From an uncultured Hyphomicrobiales bacterium (GTDB taxonomy: Bacteria > Bacteroidota > Ignavibacteria > Kapaibacteriales > UBA2268): a stretch of DNA of 64,000 nucleotides. Shown piece by piece: positions 58,676 through 64,000 of this stretch. The stretch lies in NCBI GenBank assembly GCA_964606895.1, contig CAZSHX010000017.1, forward strand, positions 1,723-65,722. Reading direction: 5' to 3'. The notes below the pieces were generated by a model. It did not search any database. It was not told the DNA's origin and worked only from the letters and a program-made list of their open reading frames with translations. The first letter of the stretch is position 1, and the number at the start of each line of letters is the position of its first letter. Made by a program: the position numbers and the translations under genes.

Positions 58676-59797
58676 TCAGAATTGAAACATCAGAGATATG
58701 TGATGTGAGATTTTATTGATTGCCATATAGTCATTCGAGATTGTATAGTCAATATGAGTTGTAAATGGTAACCCGTCGAGCTGAGGTCTGATTGAAATGC
58801 CGCCGCCCCAAATTGTCATAGGAAATAATGAGAATACACCTTGTTCATCTCCTGCAATAGCTATGCCGCCGCGGAATGCTATTATTTCGTGAGGAACAGC
58901 TTCAATTCCGAGAGTAAATGTCGGATTGAGTTCATGCTGTGTCAGATTTCCATCGAAGCTTATAAGTATGTATCTGGTTGCGGGTTGATTTTCTGTTTCA
59001 AGTTCACCGGTTAGGGTGGAGCGGGATTGGGTTGTTTTTTCGTTTAATGGAAATTCCATAGCCAATCCGCTTGTAATGATATAAGGTAATATATCTTCAT
59101 GATTACTTTCTGTGTTCCACGACATCATTCCGGCTACGTTCCTGACGGCGAGTCCGAAGGAAAATAAATCCATTACGTTAAACTTAGTACCAAAGTCAAC
59201 TGAATACCCTTTTGCTTCAGTCCCTGAGCCAGATAAAGTATTTGACAAATATTTTACCCCAACGCCAACTGAAGCAAAATCAATTGTGTAGGCGGCACCA
59301 ATATTCAAAGCATATTGCCAGTCTGAATAATTGCCAAGCGGATTGCCCTTTACATCACGGGCTGTGAATGAACCTGAGGAAAAATTATTGAATCCCAAAC
59401 CAACGCCCAGCTTGCCAAATGATTGACCGTAAGCTATTGCACTGTGGGACCTTCCGAATTGAAGAAAACTTAAGGAAGTAGCAATCATTGGTTTATTCGA
59501 ATTGAATCCTAAACCCGCAGGATTATAAAAAAGCCCGAAAGGCTCATTAACAACTGCTGTATAAGCTCCTGCAAGTGCAAGAGAACGAGCTCCGACATTA
59601 CGTAATAAATAAGATTCTGACAAACCGGCATTCGCTGTTTGTGAAAATGCCTTACCGATTGGGAACAGACATAGGAATGCTGAGGCACTAACTAATAGGA
59701 GAGTTGAAAACTGACGATAATTATTCAATTTTTGAAATTGAATGATTTTAGCCAATTTTGAAAGCTCTTTGTTCATGAACTTTCTTATGTGATTCAT
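58676..59797 (-). CDS. Outer-membrane beta-barrel protein (PorV/PorQ/FadL-like candidate), hypothetical
   Basis: Signal peptide (LLLVSASAFLCLFPIGKAFSQ); Gly/aromatic-rich amphipathic beta-strand pattern; C-terminal ...HHISLMFQF ends in Phe. Track start 59857 overlaps the upstream gene; a start at ~59797 or 59776 is likelier. Confidence 0.45.
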   Translation of the reverse strand: MNHIRKFMNKELSKLAKIIQFQKLNNYRQFSTLLLVSASAFLCLFPIGKAFSQTANAGLSESYLLRNVGARSLALAGAYTAVVNEPFGLFYNPAGLGFNSNKPMIATSLSFLQFGRSHSAIAYGQSFGKLGVGLGFNNFSSGSFTARDVKGNPLGNYSDWQYALNIGAAYTIDFASVGVGVKYLSNTLSGSGTEAKGYSVDFGTKFNVMDLFSFGLAVRNVAGMMSWNTESNHEDILPYIITSGLAMEFPLNEKTTQSRSTLTGELETENQPATRYILISFDGNLTQHELNPTFTLGIEAVPHEIIAFRGGIAIAGDEQGVFSLFPMTIWGGGISIRPQLDGLPFTTHIDYTISNDYMAINKISHHISLMFQF

Positions 59798-59799
59798 TC

Positions 59800-60378
59800 T
59801 TACCTCGAAATTATAAACTTTTCCCTTAATCGGAAGTTTTTTCCAACTACGACACAAAGATATACTCCGTTGGGAATTCTGGATACGTTAAGTGTATGGC
59901 GGTCAACAGAAGAATTTTGTGAGGTGTAAAGTGGCTCGAGAACAATTTTGCCTAACAAATTGTAGGCTGAAATCTGTATTTTCTGGTCTCTTTCTGCAAG
60001 CTCGAGCTCAATCTGAATTTCGTCACCTCTGGCATTGTAAATGATTTTCGTAATCCTGTTTTCTCTGTTACCCGTCGTATCTTCAGCCAGTTTCCTTCGG
60101 GAAGTTTTTTCTTTGAAAACTTCCTTACTTGTGGATTTATCAATTAGTGTGCCATGATTGATTATGGGATAATTGAAAAGCAAATCGAAAATACTACCAG
60201 GATTTTCGGGTAATTTAAGTGAAATGTAATCATTGTAAATGCTTTGAGAAAAGATTTGAGGAGTGGTATAAGAAAAAGTAATGACTAAAGCTAAAACAAT
60301 TAGTGTCAGGATGTTATTTCGTAAGCTTTTACTCATCATTACTACTGCATTTAAATTAGGAATACAAAAAAATTTCAA
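59800..60378 (-). CDS. Small T9SS C-terminal-domain protein (192 aa)
   Basis: C-terminal ~85 aa (RITKIIYNARGDEIQIELELAE...SAYNLLGKIVLEP...IPNGVYLCVVVGKNFRLREKFIISR) resembles Por_Secre_tail; the mature N-terminal part is only ~80-100 aa. Confidence 0.5.
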   Translation of the reverse strand: MKFFCIPNLNAVVMMSKSLRNNILTLIVLALVITFSYTTPQIFSQSIYNDYISLKLPENPGSIFDLLFNYPIINHGTLIDKSTSKEVFKEKTSRRKLAEDTTGNRENRITKIIYNARGDEIQIELELAERDQKIQISAYNLLGKIVLEPLYTSQNSSVDRHTLNVSRIPNGVYLCVVVGKNFRLREKFIISR

Positions 60379-60442
60379 TGAAAGTTGTAATGACTAAATG
60401 AATTGAAAATTATTTTCAAATAAATTGAAATTATAGGAGGTT

Positions 60443-62065
60443 TCAATCTTTGCCTTTGTTGAACTTTTCGGCTAATCTGGAAAGTGATTTTTTATCTGAT
60501 TCAAGATCTGAAATTTTTCTTTTTGTTTCCAGACTGCTTTTTTCGATTCCAAGTTTTTTAGCAACCTCACTTAATTTTTTTTGGTCGGTAGGAATCTCAT
60601 TGTTTTTAATTGATTCAATGTTCTTCGTTTTAAGCTTCATTTGCTCGTCATGAAGATGCATAGCAAGTTCGAGTCTGGGATTAGATGATTTTTCTGTTTG
60701 GTGTTGAATATTGGAAGAAGTATCATCTATATTTAATGAATTATCCGGTTTGACATTTTCGAATTCATTTGCTTTGTTTGCAATAATTTCAAGAGCCATT
60801 TTCTGCAAATCCTGAACTTTTTCAGCTTTATCTTCCTGAGCTTGTTTGTTTGCAATCATCTGTTTTGTTGGTTTTTTCAGATTGGGCTCAGAAATATTTG
60901 AACCATCAGCAACTTTCTCAGTCTTTTGATATATTTTAGCGGCATGTGCACTTCCGCTCATAGATGTTTGTGCATTTTTCAATTTTTCGCTGAACTTACG
61001 AGTTGTCTCTTTCTGAATCTTTTTCAGCTGAGCCTTTCTCCATCTTAAATAAATGCTGAAAAGCATGATAATGAACAATAATGAGGCAAAAGCCACATAA
61101 AAAGCAGTTTTTGAAAGCCAGGAAGGCATTGCAGTAGGTGGATTTTTTTCAACATCACCAAGAATTTTTCTGGTGATAGTGTCCTGTTTCTTATTTGTTG
61201 GCTTATTAGCAGAGTCACTGCCACGATTAATTTTAATTGAATCAAGTTGTGCAATTTGTGAAGAGTCAATAAATTCAGGGTCGTTCATTTTGTCGAGAAA
61301 TGAAATTGATTGCTTTTTCTCGTTTTTTGTTTCTGGTGCAGATGGAACATTCATTGTTGTGAATATTGCAAGTCCTGATTTTTGTGAAAAATCTTTTCTG
61401 TATTTTTCTGCAAGTTGTTTGTTGTTTTTGATTGAATAAATTTGGGAAAGAGCGGCGTAAAAATCAGGTATATTTGCATTGAATTTTTCTGCAATCAGCA
61501 AATTATCAAGTGCTTCGTCAATTCTTCCTTCTTTCAAATAAATAAAACCAAGAAATCCTGCAGATGTTGAATTACCGCTTTTCAAAGATTTAGTGAAGTA
61601 TTTTTTTGCAGAACTCATCAAATCATTTTCAAAAGATAATAATCCGCTTCTGTAGTCATCTTCTCCTGTCGAGAGCTTTGCCCAGTCGAAAACTTCGATC
61701 ATCAATGATTGTGAGAACGGGAGGAAATTTGCATTGTAACCTCTTTTTTCCTTGAGAATTATTGAAATTTGAGCGAAATTTTTGAAATTTTGAATATATA
61801 CATCCTGAATAATCCCTTGTCCGTGAATTTCACGGGCAGATTCAACAGCATTGCCTTTTTCAATTTTAATTGTAATTTTGGATTTGTCTGCTGATAAGTC
61901 CGAGGAAAAAGAGGTTGGTTTTTCGGAGCAAAAAATCATGACTCTATTTAGCGGATTAATTTCCACCTTAAGTATCTTTACTTCAGAATGCAACAACTGA
62001 AAATTTGTTGCAAAAACAAAGGAGTAAACAATTACCAAACAAAATAAAAAGACATTATTTCTCAT
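60443..62065 (-). CDS. TPR-repeat protein with one TM segment and a long charged coiled-coil C-terminus
   Basis: Signal/anchor, TPR-like helices (AKKYFTKSLKSGNSTSAGFLGFIYLKEGRIDEALDNL...), TM (FYVAFASLLFIIMLFSIYL), then K/E-rich coiled coil. Confidence 0.5.
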   Translation of the reverse strand: MRNNVFLFCLVIVYSFVFATNFQLLHSEVKILKVEINPLNRVMIFCSEKPTSFSSDLSADKSKITIKIEKGNAVESAREIHGQGIIQDVYIQNFKNFAQISIILKEKRGYNANFLPFSQSLMIEVFDWAKLSTGEDDYRSGLLSFENDLMSSAKKYFTKSLKSGNSTSAGFLGFIYLKEGRIDEALDNLLIAEKFNANIPDFYAALSQIYSIKNNKQLAEKYRKDFSQKSGLAIFTTMNVPSAPETKNEKKQSISFLDKMNDPEFIDSSQIAQLDSIKINRGSDSANKPTNKKQDTITRKILGDVEKNPPTAMPSWLSKTAFYVAFASLLFIIMLFSIYLRWRKAQLKKIQKETTRKFSEKLKNAQTSMSGSAHAAKIYQKTEKVADGSNISEPNLKKPTKQMIANKQAQEDKAEKVQDLQKMALEIIANKANEFENVKPDNSLNIDDTSSNIQHQTEKSSNPRLELAMHLHDEQMKLKTKNIESIKNNEIPTDQKKLSEVAKKLGIEKSSLETKRKISDLESDKKSLSRLAEKFNKGKD

Positions 62066-62166
62066 GAAATCTTACATTTACAAAGATTATAAAAAGTAAA
62101 TTTATTAAAAATCAGGAAATAAAAAAAAGAATATTTGAATTGAAGTCAGATTTTGAAATAATTTTG

Positions 62167-62949
62167 TCAAACATAATCAAATTCTTTAAGCTTGACCCTT
62201 AAATCTCCGACCACCTGAGTATGAATCTGGCAGACTCTGCTTTCGGAAACGCTGATAAGCTGACCAATTTCTTTAAAAGTCATACTTTCATAGTAATACA
62301 AGGACATTACCAGTCGTTTTCTCTCGGTTAATTTCTGAAGAAATTCTGTAATGAAGCTCAATCTTTCTTCATTCTCCATTCGAACGAGTGTATTATCATC
62401 GTCAGGGTCAGGGATTTCGTCAAGAAAATCTTTATCGTCTTCATCTGCACTTGCCTGAGAATACTCAGACATTGCAAAGCTGGCTTTTGCGGCGGCGGCG
62501 GCAGTAAGATATGAATTATATTCATCATGGGAGACATTCAGCTTTTGTCTGATTTCTTCTGTTGATACCTCACGCCCTTCTGAACTTCTGAGTTCATCAC
62601 CTGCCTGAATGAATTCGTGGGCTTTTTTCCTTGCGGTTCTTGACAGCCAGTCAAGGCGACGCAATTCGTCCTGAATTGTGCCTTTTATTCTTGGAATAGC
62701 ATAGGATTCGAACTTCACACCACGGTTAACTTCAAATCTTTCAATTGCTTCATTTAAGCCAAGAATACCAATATTTACAAAATCATCATCGTTGAGAATT
62801 GAATTTGAAGGTAAGTTCATTGATTGCAGAACGTACTTAACAAGCCAGATATAATGCAAGATTAACTTGTTTTTAGTCAAGCTTGAATTATCGCTGGTAA
62901 AACTATACCACAATGAGAAAATATCAACTTCGGTGTTATTCATTTCCAT
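62167..62949 (-). CDS. fliA: RNA polymerase sigma factor FliA/WhiG (sigma-28) family
   Basis: Region 2 (DDFVNIGILGLNEAIERFEVNRGVKFESYAIPRIKGTIQDELRRLDWLSR) and region 4 HTH (MTFKEIGQLISVSESRVCQIHTQVVGDLRVKL) match sigma-28. Confidence 0.8.
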   Translation of the reverse strand: MEMNNTEVDIFSLWYSFTSDNSSLTKNKLILHYIWLVKYVLQSMNLPSNSILNDDDFVNIGILGLNEAIERFEVNRGVKFESYAIPRIKGTIQDELRRLDWLSRTARKKAHEFIQAGDELRSSEGREVSTEEIRQKLNVSHDEYNSYLTAAAAAKASFAMSEYSQASADEDDKDFLDEIPDPDDDNTLVRMENEERLSFITEFLQKLTERKRLVMSLYYYESMTFKEIGQLISVSESRVCQIHTQVVGDLRVKLKEFDYV

Positions 62950-62992
62950 AATTTAATCAAAATTCACTAATTATTAGCTACTTATCTGTTTT

Positions 62993-63496
62993 TTAACTCA
63001 AATTTGTGGCTTCGCTCATGTTTTCGGGATTTCGCGATTCGTTATTTTGTCTGTAACGTTTCATTTCATCTTCAATTCTTTCCTGATCTGCCATTCTCTG
63101 GTCAGAATCTACCCGACGCTTTTCTTCGACAGCTTTTTTTCGTTCAATTTCTTCCTTTTTTCTATTGTCAGCCATAACAAGAATGATAATCAGCAGAACA
63201 ATCCCGCTACCAAGGTAAATAGAGGAAAAGACAATAAATCCATTGGATATGGAATTTATTAAACTTTGAGTATTCGCAAAAAACTGAATGAAGAAAGCCA
63301 GAATTCCAATAATGGCACTGGCATTAAAAAGCAATTTAAAAGGAAAGTTTATTGTATCTTGAATTCTGGATTTATCAGCTTTGATTTTCTTTTTGTCTTT
63401 TTCAATCTTATCTTTAAGCTGTTTTTCCTGTTCCTTTTGCTTGCTTTTAATTTCTTTGTCGTCAGTTCCCTGCTTATCTATTTTTTCCTTTGCCAA
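62993..63496 (-). CDS. Hypothetical K/E-rich protein with one TM segment
   Basis: Charged coiled-coil-like N-terminus, TM (ILAFFIQFF...IVLLIIILVMA), charged C-terminus; sits between flhG-like and fliA. Confidence 0.35.
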   Translation of the reverse strand: MAKEKIDKQGTDDKEIKSKQKEQEKQLKDKIEKDKKKIKADKSRIQDTINFPFKLLFNASAIIGILAFFIQFFANTQSLINSISNGFIVFSSIYLGSGIVLLIIILVMADNRKKEEIERKKAVEEKRRVDSDQRMADQERIEDEMKRYRQNNESRNPENMSEATNLS

Positions 63497-63564
63497 AATT
63501 CCTCAATGCAATTATTTATAAAATATAAAAATAAGAAAAAAAAATATTAAATTCAATCATTTGT

Positions 63565-64000
63565 TTAAAGCTCCGAATTGACCTTTAGTTTCATATAGAT
63601 TTTATCTGTTATGTCATAGAGAGCTTTGGTAACATCAGAATTAGGAAATTTTTCCAAAAAGAGTTCCTGCCTGATAATAGAAAGTCGAACAAGCCTATCG
63701 TAAGGCACAAACCCCAAAACATCAAGTTTTAGGCTCAAAAATTTGTTTGTAGCTAAATTCAGCCGGGAAGAAACAAAATTTGCATCTTCCATATCTATAA
63801 CATTATTAACCAGTAACGAGATTTTGTTGAGATCATTATAGGGCATCAGCAGTTTGATAAGTCCATAAGCATCAAGCAATGAAGTAGGTTCATCTGTTAC
63901 AACAACGAGGATTAAATCTGAAATTGCACAGCACTGCATAACTTCGTATGAACCACCTGATGAAGTGTCAATGACAATAACATCAATATCGTTTTCCTGA
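63565..64000 (-). CDS. flhG: MinD/ParA-family ATPase, FlhG (YlxH)-like, 5'-partial (runs off window end)
   Basis: The reading frame stays open upstream of the track Met to the window edge (…QENDIDVIVIDTSSGGSYEVMQCCAISDLILVVVTDEPTSLLDAYGLIKLL…), matching the MinD/FlhG core downstream of the Walker B aspartate; it lies upstream of fliA. Confidence 0.6.
   Translation of the reverse strand, partial: QENDIDVIVIDTSSGGSYEVMQCCAISDLILVVVTDEPTSLLDAYGLIKLLMPYNDLNKISLLVNNVIDMEDANFVSSRLNLATNKFLSLKLDVLGFVPYDRLVRLSIIRQELFLEKFPNSDVTKALYDITDKIYMKLKVNSEL

Overview
This is a low-GC, AT-rich window from an FCB-group bacterium (Bacteroidota/Ignavibacteria-like), densely coded on both strands. At least six proteins end in a type IX secretion (T9SS, Por_Secre_tail) C-terminal sorting domain, so the organism uses T9SS and much of the window is cell-surface or secreted machinery. 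From left to right I see: (1) an array of four 24-nt stem-loop palindromes overlapping the 3' end of a partial gene; (2) a GH31 glycosidase with a T9SS tail; (3) a peptide-utilisation locus (M24 aminopeptidase, POT transporter, peptidase T, OPT transporter); (4) tandem paralogous small lipoprotein genes, one split by a nonsense codon; (5) a three-gene envelope operon (Cys-rich outer-membrane barrel, Cys-rich lipoprotein, PD40/OmpA-like/SPOR-like lipoprotein); (6) proS and a PHP phosphoesterase; (7) T9SS cargo genes, a LuxR-type response regulator and a 1248-aa multi-PAS hybrid histidine kinase; (8) housekeeping genes (YraN, amidohydrolase, PfkB kinase, ddl, family-4 UDG); (9) a 2044-aa T9SS adhesin with about 21 tandem ~83-aa repeats; (10) a cNMP-binding membrane protein next to an MBL-fold hydrolase; (11) an orphan HlyD adaptor; (12) an SDR, ion-transporter and KS-III cassette; (13) ksgA/rsmA and a PAP2 protein; (14) a vWA+WD40 T9SS protein; (15) a small accessory islet with a KilA-N protein, a beta-class DNA methyltransferase, a MutH/Sau3AI-like endonuclease, nine iteron-like ~21-bp tandem repeats and a Shine-Dalgarno-led mini-ORF; (16) a TPR protein, small T9SS-tail protein and outer-membrane barrel operon; and (17) the flagellar regulators fliA and flhG (partial) at the right edge. 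I found no rRNA, tRNA or CRISPR. All calls rest on motifs I recognised by eye, since no database search was possible. Coordinates for non-ORF features are approximate (±2 nt).
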